Shown here: in pieces, positions 13,384 through 28,115 of the stretch
Layout: each line of letters opens with the position of its first letter
Position numbering within the stretch: position 1 is the first letter of the stretch
Origin: the human T2T-CHM13v2.0 reference genome, Homo sapiens
Direction: 5' to 3' (one strand)
DNA length: 64,000 bases
Assembly (NCBI RefSeq): GCF_009914755.1
Contig: NC_060944.1
Made by a program: the position numbers and the translations under genes
Notes under the pieces: generated by a model
The model's input: the letters and a program-made list of their open reading frames with translations, nothing else
Database searches by the model: none
Told to the model about the DNA's origin: nothing

Positions 13384-15044
13384 CTGGGAGAGAGGGGAAG
13401 GGACGCCGGAGGGGTCAGCGGGCCCTCCAGGAAAGGAGCGCAGAAGCTCTGCCCTGTGCCCTGCTGGGCTTCCCAGGCGGAAGGTGACCTCTCCAGGTTG
13501 AGTGGCCCCGGGTCCTCTCCCTAGTTGTGCCCACTCCGAGGCCTGGGGCACTAAGCACCATCTCTACACTGGCCGCTCCTCATCTCTCTCTCCAGCCCCC
13601 ACCTCAGCCCTGAACTCCAGACCCCCAACAGGCTGCCTCCCTGACGCTCCCACCTGGGTGTCTGAGGGGCATCTCGAACTCACCATGGGATCCTGGTTTC
13701 CTCTGCCCACTGGTGGTTTCCCTCCCTAGCTTTAGGCAATCCCATCTTTCCAATGGCTTAGGACAGGAGACCTGGCGTCATCCTTACCACCTTGCGTATA
13801 ACCCCCAGGAAGTCTCTTCATTTAAAACAGTGCGAGAATCAAACCCACTGCCCACTGCTCCCACCTGGTCTGGCCACCATCCTTTCTTGCCTGGATGGTT
13901 GCAGTCACCTCACCTCCCCGCTGGGCTCCCTCATCCCTGCAGTCCATTTTCCACACATAGCCAGAGGGATCCTGTTCCTCCTCTGCTTAGCACCCTCCAC
14001 GGCTCCCGATGGACTGTGAGGAATAGTCTTGTTCAGTGCCCCCATCACTGCCCCGGGCAAATTTAGGCTGAGGCTGCCTCACCGAAGCTTTCAAAAGAGG
14101 CTGGAAATGTGCAGTTTTACATGAACTCTCCTGGTGACAAATGTTGGTGATAATGTTGGTTAAATAGATAAAATGTTGATTTAAGTCCTGGTGATAATTC
14201 AGTGCAAAGAAATACTCTATGGGCCACTAAAACACATATTTTTGTTGGGTTTGGCATGCAGGCTGCCAGCTTGCCTCTCTGGTCTGGAATATAATTGGGT
14301 GGTAAACAGTCCTTTAGTGGATTTGGGCCTCATCCTTGAAGGGGCCTTTGGCAGAGAGGAGAGGCCAGTGTGGTTCCAGCCTGGGGCATCTTGGAGGTTC
14401 TGGGGCACAGCTGAGTTCTACAAGTCCCACTTGAACAATTCTGTCTCTAGGAATATGTTAGAGGCTGGAGATATGAACTAATACCTGGTGGGGCTTTAAG
14501 GTCTTAGACCTCTGGGATGGGAAGCCCCTTCCTCTGGGAAGCTTTCCTGGAGCGTGCCCCACTAAGTAGCTCCAGCAGTGTCAGTGGGCCTCCCATACAG
14601 AACCTCCTTGGCTTGTGTCTCCTGCTTATGGTGATGGGGGGGGTGGGTGGTGCCACTACTCCATCCCAACCCCAATAGACTTGAAGCTTCTTGAGGTTGG
14701 AAGACTTGTCCTGGTCACCCTGTCTCCCCTGTAGTGCCTGCATACAGTAGGCACTCAAATGTGTGCACAAGGAGCATGTGAAGCAGTGAATCCTACTGCA
14801 TCCCAAAATGAAGTTGAAGAACAGCATTTTCACTGAATCCTTAAAAAGGCAAAGGTATTATTATCTTTTCAAAAAGCAAGTATCAGAAGTTGAACAAAAC
14901 AGTGGCTTTATTAGTATTTTCCTGATAAAATCACGATCAAAGATGTTGAAGCTGAGAAGAAATTTACACTAAGTACAGCAATTTCCAGACAGGTCTCAAA
15001 TGGTGAGCACTTTCCCTTTCCTTTCTTTTTCTTCTTGACCCTAA

Positions 15045-15409
<365 letters not shown>

Positions 15410-15644
15410 CAATCACTTCTAATCACTTCATGCGAACTCACTGAATCCTTGCAACACTGTGAGGTGGGCCTGTTCATACCCGCCCTGGACAGGTGAGAAA
15501 TCAGAGGCTCAAAGAGTTTAAGTAACTTGCCCACAGCTACTACACAGCTAGAGAGGAGAAAGCAGGATTTGAATTCAGGCCATCTGGCTCTAGCCCTGAT
15601 CTCTTCATCACTACCCTTCATGCTTATTGAAAGTTGATTTTACC

Positions 15645-16062
15645 AGCTGGGTGTGATGGCATATGCCTTTAGTCCCAGCTATTCAGGAGGCTGAGGCAGG
15701 AGGAATGCTTGAGTCCAAGAGTTCGAGTCCAACCTGGGCAACATAGCAACACCCCCATCTCTAAATTTTTTTTTTTTTTTGAGACAGGGTCTCACTCTGT
15801 TGCCCAGACTTGAGTACAGTGGTGCAATCTTGGCTCACTGCAACCTCCACCTCCCAGATTGAAGCAATTCTCATGTCTCAGCCTCCCAAGTAGCTAGGAT
15901 TACAAGCGAGTGCCAACATGCCCAGCTAATTTTTGTATTTTTAGCAGAGATGGGGTTTTGCCATGTTGGCCAGGCTGGTCTTGGACTCCTGACCTAAAGT
16001 GATCCACCCGCCTCAGCCTCCCAAAGTGCTGGGATTACAGGTGTGAGCCACCACACGTGGCC
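15645..16062. mobile_element. Alu monomer (+, ~15645-15765) abutting a full AluS (-, ~15766-16062)
   Basis: Forward monomer followed by poly-T and a full reverse Alu. Confidence 0.8.
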
Positions 16063-16155
16063 TAAAATTGTTTTTTTTAATTTAAAAAAGTTTAAAAAGT
16101 TAACCTTACTGGTTGAATGCTATTTTCTTAATACCCATTTAAAAATTCAACTTAT

Positions 16156-16440
16156 AAGCCAGGCATGAGGGCCTACTTCCTCCAAATACATAAGTGGAAA
16201 GATCCTGACACGGTGAGTACTTCTAATGTTAAATTCGAGAGTGCATGTAAATGAGACATGAGAATCGCTTCAATCTGGGAGGTAGAGGTTGCAGTGAGCC
16301 AAGATCGCATCACTGTACTCCAGTACAGTGTAATCTTAGCACTTTGGGAGGCAGAGGTGGGAGGATCGCTTGAAGCCAGGACTTTGAGGCCAGCCTGGGC
16401 AGCAAAGCAATACCCCATCTTTTAAAAATAAGTAAATAAA
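16156..16440 (+). mobile_element. Alu left monomer interrupted by a complex templated insertion (16173-16328)
   Basis: AGCCAGGCATG...[insert]...TGTAATCTTAGCACTTTGGGAGG...A-rich tail; see findings. Confidence 0.75.
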
Positions 16441-16909
16441 TTCAATGTATACCAAAAGTACTGGTAAGCCTCTGTGGATTATTAATGCAACAGCTACTGC
16501 TACTTCCTCCACATACATAAGTGGAAAAATCCTGACATGGTGAGTACTTCTAATGTTAAATTCGAGAGTGCACGTAAAGCACTTAGCACATGCAGGGTAT
16601 ACAGTCAGTGCTCAATAAATATTGGCTGGCATGATATTTACGTTCAGTTCACACCGCCATACCTATTTCTCCACTGCCTATACAATTTGTACCTCTGAAA
16701 ACTTTTGGTCTTTCTTGAAGCTTCCAGAATCCCCATATACAGGGAAGGAGTCACCAACTCAAAGGCCCATGATCTCATACACAAGGAGACTGAACTGGGC
16801 CCCTGTGGACTTGGATCTCCCCAGGAGGTGCCATGTAGGACCACAGGCTGGTGTATATGTTGGTGGCGGGGCAGGGGGAGGGGAGGGACCCAACCTCACA
16901 ATTTTAAAA

Positions 16910-17210
16910 AAAATTTTGTGTTTTAGAGATGGAGTCTCACTCTGTCGCCCAGGCAGGAGTGCAGTGGCGTGATCATGGCTCACTGCAGCCTTACCTCCCA
17001 GGCTCAAGCAATCCTCCTGCCTCAGCCTCCCAAGTAGCTAGGACTACAGGTGCAAGCCACCACACCTGGCTAATTAAATTTTTTTTTTTCCGTAAAGACG
17101 GGGTCTCACTACATTGCCCAGGCTGATTTTGAACTCCTGGGCTCAAGCGATCCTTCTGCCTCCAGCTCCCAAAGTGTTGGAATTATAGGTGTGAGCCACC
17201 ACACCTGGCC
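16910..17210 (-). mobile_element. AluJ
   Basis: Reverse Alu dimer with J diagnostics. Confidence 0.85.
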
Positions 17211-18144
17211 TGATCTTATGATTTTTTTTTTAAAAGAAGCTGAGATTTTGAATTTTTATATGAAAAAACTTCACTTTTATTGTTGGCAACCAAGTCAAAT
17301 TTTTGGGAAACCTTGTGTGGGCCAATCACATAGTCCTGTGGGGCTATATTAGGTCCCCAAGCTGCCACGTGGGAACCATATTTCCATGCTTACAAAGACA
17401 GACTGGACTTAGACCTGGGGTTGGGCAGTGTCCTCAAATACCTAGTGGGTGTGAAAACACTTCCCCCACAGGGTTGCTGGAGCATTCCCTGGGGAGATAA
17501 GACGTAGTTGGCACATGCAGCCCAGCTCCGGCTCCCGTGAACTCCCAGATGAGTGGGAGCCCTTAGACTGTAGCACACACCCCGTGTCAGGCCCTGGAGT
17601 AAATAAACTTTCCATTCATTCTCTTATGTAACAAAAAGAAATGCTCACCATTTGTAGACACACATGTACCTATCAATAAAAATTATCTTCAGGACCCAGA
17701 AAATGTGTCTGGGCTACTATGATGCAAAGGATTAGGAACGTTGAGAAAGGACCGAATGGTTGAGATAAATTTGATGATATATGTAATGTGCTTCGCTCAG
17801 GGCCAGGCACGTCAAAAATCACACCACCCATTTATTCACTCATTTGTTCATTCAACAAATAGTGGTTGAGTGCCTGTTTGTGCTGGACACTGTTCTAAAC
17901 ACTGGCAAGGGGGAGGGCAGTGGTGGGCACAGTGGAGGCCAGGACAGGCACAGGCGTGGACCCCCATGATGCTCACATATTAACAGGGAGGCAGACCATG
18001 CACACAAACATTCCTGATGTCAGGAGGGACCAGGGATGCTATTCAGCCAGTGTGCAATCAGAGGAGGCTTTCTGGAGGAGGTGACAATGCTCAGAGTCCC
18101 TTCCCTCGTGGTGGCGCGTTTCCCCGCGGGGCGTGGGCTCTTAC

Positions 18145-18918
18145 CTGCTCCTCCTCCTCCCTCAGGCTGGGCAAGGTGCTGACGGAGAGGTTGACGGCGG
18201 TGACGGTCACGAAGAGCACCGACAGGCAGGCGAACACCTTGCCAGGCAGCCCCGAGTGCGGCCTCTCCACCATGTCGCGCAGTCGCCGCATGCAGCGCCC
18301 CAGGCGGCCCTCGCCCTCGGCCGGGCCCTCGCTGTCGCGGCCCTCGCTGTCCAGCGCGTCGTCCTCTTCCTCCCGCTCCACCATCTCCGCGAACTCCTCA
18401 ATCTTCTGCAGGTAGCGGCGCTTGCAGCAGCCGTCCAGGTGGTCCTCCGCGATGCCCCAGTACAGCAGCTCCTCCTGGAAGGACAGCGCGCACATCTCGC
18501 GCAGCAGCCGCAGCTTGCCCGCGCGCAGGAAGGTCAGGATAGTGCCGAAGGCCCCCGGGTTGCGGTCGAAGAAGAACTCGTTGCAGGTGACGTCGTAGTC
18601 ATCGCACACGTTGAGGATGTCGTCGAAGTTGGTGCAGGCCTTGAGCTGGCCCAGGCGCGTCAGCGGGAACTCGTCCAGCGTGGTCCAGGGCAGCGAGTAC
18701 TTGATGCCGCCTACGTTGATGATGATCCGACGGCGGCGGTCCTCGGGCTGACAGCCCTGGCGGGGCTCATCCTGCGGCCGCAGCCGCTGCGCCCGGCGGT
18801 AGAACGCGCCCTTGATGGCCTGGCGCTGCGGGAGGAAGGCCGGGTGGAAGGAGGCGTCCGAGGTGCAGCTCAGCGCGCTGTAGTCGTAGTCAGAATTGTC
18901 TCCCGGTAAGAGGGTCAT
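18145..18918 (-). CDS. KCNG1: KCNG1 (Kv6.1) first coding exon, codons 1-258: N-terminus, BTB/T1 tetramerisation domain, S1
   Basis: [21 protein letters not shown]... contains Kv T1 motifs [38 protein letters not shown] and S1 ([18 protein letters not shown]). It ends at the donor CAG|GTAAGA (18145/18144); 774 nt, phase 0. Confidence 0.97.
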
Positions 18919-18944
18919 TTTGGGCCTTCACATCCCTCTCGGGC
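18919..18944 (-). other. KCNG1: 5' UTR part of the first coding exon (26 nt), containing an AUG-UGA start-stop element
   Basis: Minus strand reads TCCCTTCTCCCCACAG|GCCCGAGAGGGATGTGAAGGCCCAAAATG; acceptor AG at 18946-18945. Confidence 0.85.
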
Positions 18945-19026
18945 CTGTGGGGAGAAGGGAGGGAAGACCCTCAGTGACCACCCCTAGCTTCACCTTGCTG
19001 AGAATGCAGATTCTGCAGATATTCAC

Positions 19027-19718
<692 letters not shown>

Positions 19719-19974
19719 TTCACCTAATAGTGAAATAGCAACAACATTGTTCAGCATCTCCCAGCCTTCACAATTCTCCCATATCCATCTATGCACTGGG
19801 GATGCAGCCGTGTGCAGAATGTGAAGGGGTCTCTGATCCCAGGCAGCTGACATCCTAGTGGATTTTCAGGTGACACATGTACTGTTATTTACTTAACATT
19901 TTATTTTAAATTAACTTTTTTTTTTTTGGTATTTATTTGGCTTGGAAAAACAATTTAGTGTAGACCTACAGTTC

Positions 19975-20175
19975 TCATAGGGCTGATTTAGTCTCCCAAA
20001 AGACATGTGGCAATGCCTGGGAGCATTTTTGCTGGTCATGACTGGGGTTGCTATTGGCATTTAGTAGGTAGAGGCCAGGGAATGCTGTTGCATGTCCTAC
20101 AATGCACAGGACAGTCCCCACAACAGACACTTGTCTGGTCCCAAGTGTCCTTAATGCTGAGGTGGAGAAGCCTGG
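19975..20175. mobile_element. MER20 DNA transposon
   Basis: GGCAATGCCTGGGAGCATTTTT...GTAGAGGCCAGGGAATGCTG...ACAATGCACAGGACAGTCCCC. Confidence 0.7.
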
Positions 20176-20374
20176 TTAATGGTTATGAACGCAGACTTTG
20201 GAGCCACACAGCCTGGGCAAGTGACTCAACCTTGATGTGTCTTAATTTCCTTGTCTGTAAAATGGGTACAGCCACGTGATTTGATAAGATTACTGGGAGG
20301 CCTAAGTGAATTATGTACATAGGAGCATTTAATGCAGTGCCTGGCACATAGTAGGTATTCAGTAACTATTGTCT

Positions 20375-20818
<444 letters not shown>

Positions 20819-21599
20819 TGAGGATGCAGGGCTGAACTGGACAGCCATGTTCATCCAGGAAGCCTTCCTTGGCTCTTCCAGCTAAAATGAGCACCCCTCC
20901 CCTTACAACTGGTGCACCCGTCTTCACGGCACTTACCACCAGTTCTAGAATTGTCTGTGTGCAAGCCTGGCTCCTTCATTAGGCAGCCTGCTCCCTGGGG
21001 GAAGAAACGTGCTTTAGTCATCTCTGAATCCCTATGCTCAGCACTGTAAAGCCTCAAAGAGGTGCTTGTTAAATGAGTACATTTCTTGTTGACGAGACCA
21101 ACATGATAAGGCGACTTCTGGGGAACTCAGGTCAAAATATCAACTTGCATGGACTCCTTCCTTCCCAACCCTCAAAGCTAAGGGTTTGTGCTACTGGAAC
21201 AAGATTGCTTATTCATTACCAGCTCATGGGCTGAATTTGGTTCACAAATATTTTGCTTGGCTTGGAGAAGTTTTTGAAAGTTGAGAAATTTCATGTAAAA
21301 ATCCATATCCTTGGCTTCTTTTAAAAAATCAGGATATCTGGCAACACTTGGCCCAAACGCCAACTGAGAAATGGCTACCCCTTTAGGCAGCACATGCTCC
21401 AATCCACCACAGTCCCCACCCCCAACTATTGTCTTCCTAACACCCACTCTATTCCACTCATGTGTGTTTCCTTCCCGGCCCTATAGGCATTTGAGTTTGA
21501 GACCCTTAGATTATAGCCATAGAGCTCTCTGGAATTAAGCCGATGCATAGAGAAGTTAGTAGGAGTCAAATACTCTGCTTTTAAAAATCACCAGCCCTC

Positions 21600-21909
<310 letters not shown>

Positions 21910-24213
21910 TCACCAGCCCTCTCCCTAGACAAATCCCCAATGGAATCAAGTGGTAAAAATCTATCAATTCCAAACGGAAACCCATTTCCAATACTTAAAT
22001 ATGGGTCGGTGCTGTGGACATGTTCAGGAAGATACTCGCTCACAAACACACCCGTACACAAACACATGTACCTATGAATGAGAAAATGTTTTAATAGGTG
22101 CTGGAAGGGGAGGGAGGGTGTTTCACACTTAAAAGGGGCTCCTTCCTAAGAGGAACTGCTTTACAAAAGCACATCATCCCTCTACTACTCACTGATCTTT
22201 GGGGAAGGCTACAATTGCAGAGATCAGGGTTTGGAAAACTAGGGTACACCTGTGTTTGAAAGAAAAATGATTTGATTTTAGATGGTTAGAGTGTTTTTAA
22301 CTTCACCTAAAATTGGAACCCATCTCCTCAGGCACAGCCTGCCAGGATCCTTTGGAGGCGTGGGAATAATCCCTTTCAGGCACTTTCCTTGGTGATCTCT
22401 CTTTTCAGCTCTGCTGTTTCATCTTTGCTACCACAGAAAAGAGAAAAAGTGACATTCTGTTTGGCAAGAATGGTGATGGAGGTAAACGGAAAATGCCTCA
22501 CACAAGCCCTGGAGGGCTCTTGTGAATCCCCATGGCTGTAATCACCTCTTCTTTTTAGGAATTTCTTCTTTCAACCCTCCCAGCTTTCCCTCCAGCAGAA
22601 AACTCCCCCAATTAGTGATTTATTTCCTTCACGCCCTGCCCCCACGTGAGTTTCCTGTATGGAAAGTGATCCTGTCTCGGCAGCAGGGTGAGTATGGAGA
22701 GGCTGATGCTACTCGGAGGGTAATAAACAGAGTAACGACCTTGTTCTCAAAGCCAGAGTCCCCTGGGGAAATGCTGAGGCCAGAACTTGCTAAAGGAAGA
22801 ACAGGCATATTTCTCCATGGCCTTTGGTCTTGCAGATACCTGATCTGATGTGAGATGGACGGCTCAGCACCTCTAGACCCTACACTAAAGTTCATAAATC
22901 AAAGAGGCCCCAAAGCCTGGCCTTCTGAAAAATAATACTGCTTTTCACGCAGCCTGATATCCTCACAAGAAATTTTTTATTTCTCTGTGGTGTTAGTTCT
23001 GTTAGTTCTACAGCATGGTGGGTTTAAGTGATTTTGCCTCTGAGGGTCTGTGGATGCTTGGGGAGAGGAAGCTGTTTGAAGCAGAGGCTGCGATGGGGGA
23101 GATGAGGTGAAGTCCGGAGGCAGGTGTCATTCATTCCTTTATTTGTTCGTTTATTCAGTAGTTACTGAACGCTCACCACGTGTCAGACTCTGTATTAGAG
23201 CCGGAGACACGGCAGAGAACAAGACAGACCTAGGCCCTGTCCTCACGGAGGTGACCTTCTGGTGGGGAAGACTGTTTCCAAATGAGCACACAAGTCATTT
23301 CAGGCTGCAGCGACTGCAGTGTTGTTGACAGAGCAAGGTGAGAGATGGAGAATGACTATTGTGGGGTGTGGGGCAACATTGGCTGGAGGGGTGAAGGAGG
23401 GCTTCTTGGAGGAGGGGACATGGGGTTGAGCCGCATGGATAGATCCAGCCCCGTGAGGACCTGGCAGAGGGAGTGGCAAGAATTTGCTCCCTGACTTGGG
23501 GGTGGGCTTGGATGATCAAAGACCAGAGAATGCAGAGCACAGAGCGAGGGGAAGCTGGGAGAAGAGGAGAGGGGCAGGGGCCAGGTGCAGCAGGGCCGAG
23601 GGGCTGACAATAAGGAGCTGGGGCTTATTCTGCAAGGGACAAGGAGTCCATGTGTGCCTGCCAGGTCAGTGGACAACGAGTGGGCTGGGGAGCCCAGGCT
23701 GGAGGCTATGGAAGTCATTCTGGAAATGACTAAGGTTTGCAGCGGTGGAAGTCCCAGAGAACAGGAGGGATTTGGGATGAACTTTGGAGGAAGAGCCCTC
23801 AGGACTGGCTGAGGAATGGGGCCTGGGGGAGGGGGAAAAGAGAAGAATCAGGATTCCAGGGGTGCCATTTACCGAGGCGACGGATAGGTGGCGCTATGGT
23901 GAGCTGAGTCAGAGGAAGCTGTTCCTGGCTGTGGGATTATGGACAGAAGAAGCAGCTGGCAAAATCCAGGAGAGAGGGGGGAGATGGGTGTCTCCCAAGG
24001 ACGGTGCCAGACCATCAATGCTGAGCTGATGGGTGTGTGTTTGCGGGGGGTGAGGGTGTCACCTGGCAGCTTTGACCTGGCTAGGCTGGCAGGGGCCGGA
24101 GGGCCAGGGTAGTAGAGCTATGGTGAAGTCAGAGGTGGGGGCCTCACCTGTGCCCTGTGCCCGGTAGCCACTGAAGCTGCATCACATCAGGCCAGAGTGG
24201 TCAGGGCAGGGCA

Positions 24214-25127
<914 letters not shown>

Positions 25128-27807
25128 TTAAAATCAGGAGACCTGGGTTCAAGGCCAGTTGCTCTGTGACTTTAGGCAAGTTGTGCCCTACCTCTGAGAC
25201 TCAGTTTCTTTATCTGTATAATGAGGCTACAAACAGCTCCTGCGTCCTTGAGTTACGGTGAGGACAAAAGCAGATGGCACAGGTGATGCACTTGGCTCCA
25301 TGCCTGACGCTGAGTGAACCCTCAATAGTCGCCTTGGAATTCTCACAAGCTACGATTAGAGTCCGCTGCCCCCCTCCCTGCTTCCCAAGAGAATCTTCTT
25401 TTCTGACCTGACCCACTGGGATTTGGATCCAGCATCATCTGATCCCCGGATCCAATTGCTAGAGGGTATGCGGGCTGGCCTAGCACTCTGGGAAAGCCAC
25501 TGGGCGGTAATGAGGGAAATGAAGATGCTGCTGCCCTGTGACCCAGGAATCCCACTTCTGGGTATATTTCCCAGACCTGGGACCACAAAGGGTTGTGGCA
25601 GACATTGTCAGTAATAAATTATTTGCACTCAAATCCTTCACTCAGGGTTTGCTTCTGGGGAACCAGATGGAAGAGAGTAACAAACAAGGTACAAAAATGT
25701 GTGTTCTGTGTTGTTTATGGTACCAGGAGGTCCCCTAGCATCCATCCCCAGGGGAGTGGACAGGCAAGTCTTCGTAGAGGCAGATTATGGAAGCCTGCAG
25801 ATTGCCCAGGAATCAGAAGCAATGGACTGAGTGGAGATTTAGCAACACATTTAGGTCTTAAAAACAGTGTGCCGAGTGGAAAAAGAAACAGAAGTTTCTA
25901 GCACTGTGCTATTTATGTAAATGAACACACACACATTACATATTTTACAAGGTCTCAAGCACATGTGAGGATCTATATTAACCACATGGAGGGTGCCTGG
26001 AAGGGCAGAGGAAGGGGAAGAAGCGCGGGGATTGGAACAAAGAAGAAAAATGAGTAAGATGAGACAGCCTGGCACAGGCCAATGAGGAGGCGTGCTGGGA
26101 AGCGGTGTGGTTTGTACAACTCTGGGTTTTAACCCAGGTTTAAAAAGAAAAACGAAGAGCACAGGAACGACAGAACCTTCTGAATTGCTCGGGGTGCTCG
26201 GTGGAGATACAGATTTCTGGGACCCTCCCTTCCCAGTCGGAATGTCTGAAGGGGAGGCCCAGGAATGAGCATGTTCACAGGCTCTCATGGAGATTCTGTG
26301 TGAGAGAGGGGACCGGGAATGCCTGGAGTTCTCCCAGGGGCTGGAGGCACAGGAGCTGCTCTGGGCTTTCACCTGGACTCCCCTGCCCAACGTGTCAATC
26401 TCCTAGAGGCTCTGGAAGGCTGTGAGTCCCGCTTCATTGGAGAAATGAAATCCCTTCTGGTTCGTGAGAAAAATCTTCTGCGTTGGGGCTGCCTTGATCA
26501 AATTTCCATTCAGGAGCCCAGAGATCCACTGACACTCTCCTCGCAATTTTTCTATCTTTCCTTTGAGGAAAAGGTGATGCTTATAAGCTATGGCTGAGGG
26601 CTGAGAACATACTTCCAAAGATAAATGATCATTGAGATCATAAGGCGTTCTGAGTGGCAGTTCTCACGTGACCACCCTGAGGTCAGCACATGACTGAGGG
26701 TACAGGTGCGGGACCTGTGGGGTGGGATTTGGGAGGGCGGAATGGGATGGAGTGAAGGTCCAAGCCAGGCATGGCTAGTCGTCCCTGCTGCTCCTGCTAA
26801 TAACCCTGTGGCCTGGGCAGGCCATCACACCCACTGAGCCGCTGGCCTCTCTGAGCCTGCCTCCTCCCCTAGAAGATGGGGATAAGATTGCTGACCTCAC
26901 GGGGCTATTATGGGGATCTGGTGAACGGAGGTTTGCTGCAGGGATGAGCAGTGTCACTGGGCCTCCTGTCCCCATGGCTACATTCCATCAGGGGCATGAA
27001 ATGGTTCTACAGATGGTCCTGGGCTGACCCCAACTGCTTTCAGGTCTCTCTCCGGGGTTCCAACAAGCTGCGGGCCTCTCTGGACCCTGTTCTTTCTGTC
27101 TTATGCTCTCCGTCCCTCTTCCGAGTGGCAGCGGGGAATGCAGAGAGAGCGCTAACTGCACAAAGTGTTATAAATAGCAGCAACCACAGCCTCCCTCCAC
27201 TGCAAACTCACTAAGTGCCAGGTGCTGTGCTAGGAGCCTTCATTGCCTGAGTCTCCATCCTTTCCTAAAAAGGTGGGCATTATCACTAATACCCCCATTT
27301 TACAAATGAAGAAACTGAGGCTCTGAGAAGTGAAAACTTATGTCTGGCAATAAGCGACAAAGCCAGAATTAAACTAGATCTGTGGGACTCCAGGCCGAAC
27401 CTCTTTGACCCCTGCCTTTTACTGCCTCCTTGAACCACTTGTTCCTTTCGGGGAGCTGGTGTGGTGTCTCCACCCCTTGCAGTGAGTCAGGGACTGGGTT
27501 TCTAGTCTCTATTTCATATGGACGAGATTTTGGAATGTTTCTGAGGATGGGGAGAAGCAGGCAATTGTCCATGGCTGGGGAAACATATTTATCACTATTT
27601 ATATTTGCAAGTGAGCAGAGTTAAAAAAAATCAACAAAACCCCTAGTTTTGCCAAACTCAGGGTTGCCATTTTGGCCTCTGGGAAGGAGATGTTGACGAT
27701 GGAGGCAGAGGGTGGAGTCGTCTCCAGAAGCCCTGCTGATACCTTGATTTTGGCCCAGTGAGTCATTTGGTCTTCTGATCTCCAAAAACTATGAGATAAT
27801 AAATTCA

Positions 27808-28115
27808 GGCTGGGCGCAGGGGCTTACGCCTGGAATCCTAGCACTTTGGGAGGCCAAGGTGAGAGAACTGCTTGAGTTCCAGAGTTCAAGGCCAGCCTGG
27901 GCAACATAGTGAGACCCTGTTTCTACAATTAAAAAATAATCAGCTGAGCATGGTGGTGTGTACCTCTAGTCCCAGTGACTCAGGAGGCTGAGGTGGGAGG
28001 ATCACTTGAGCCCAGGAGGTCAAGGCTGTGGTGGGCCATGATAGTGACACTGCACTCCAGCTGGGTGATAGAGCAAGACCCTGTCTTCAAAAAAAAAAAT
28101 AATAATAATAATAAA
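27808..28115 (+). mobile_element. AluJ
   Basis: Forward Alu with J diagnostics and A/(TAA)n tail. Confidence 0.85.

Noticed and set aside
12448-13524. 358-aa plus-strand ORF (also 18133-18909, 258 aa, and the 12662-13366 alternative frame)
   Set aside because: Shadows of the GC3-rich KCNG1 exons; stop-codon depletion explains them, and there are no domains or independent gene structure.
13384-13551. N-terminal part of the 311-aa ORF 12616-13551
   Set aside because: Intronic sequence upstream of the acceptor at 13384; no true ATG start is needed.
23878-23896. CTCF-like CGGATAGGTGGCGCTA
   Set aside because: The 5' half of the core mismatches; weaker than the 1747 site.
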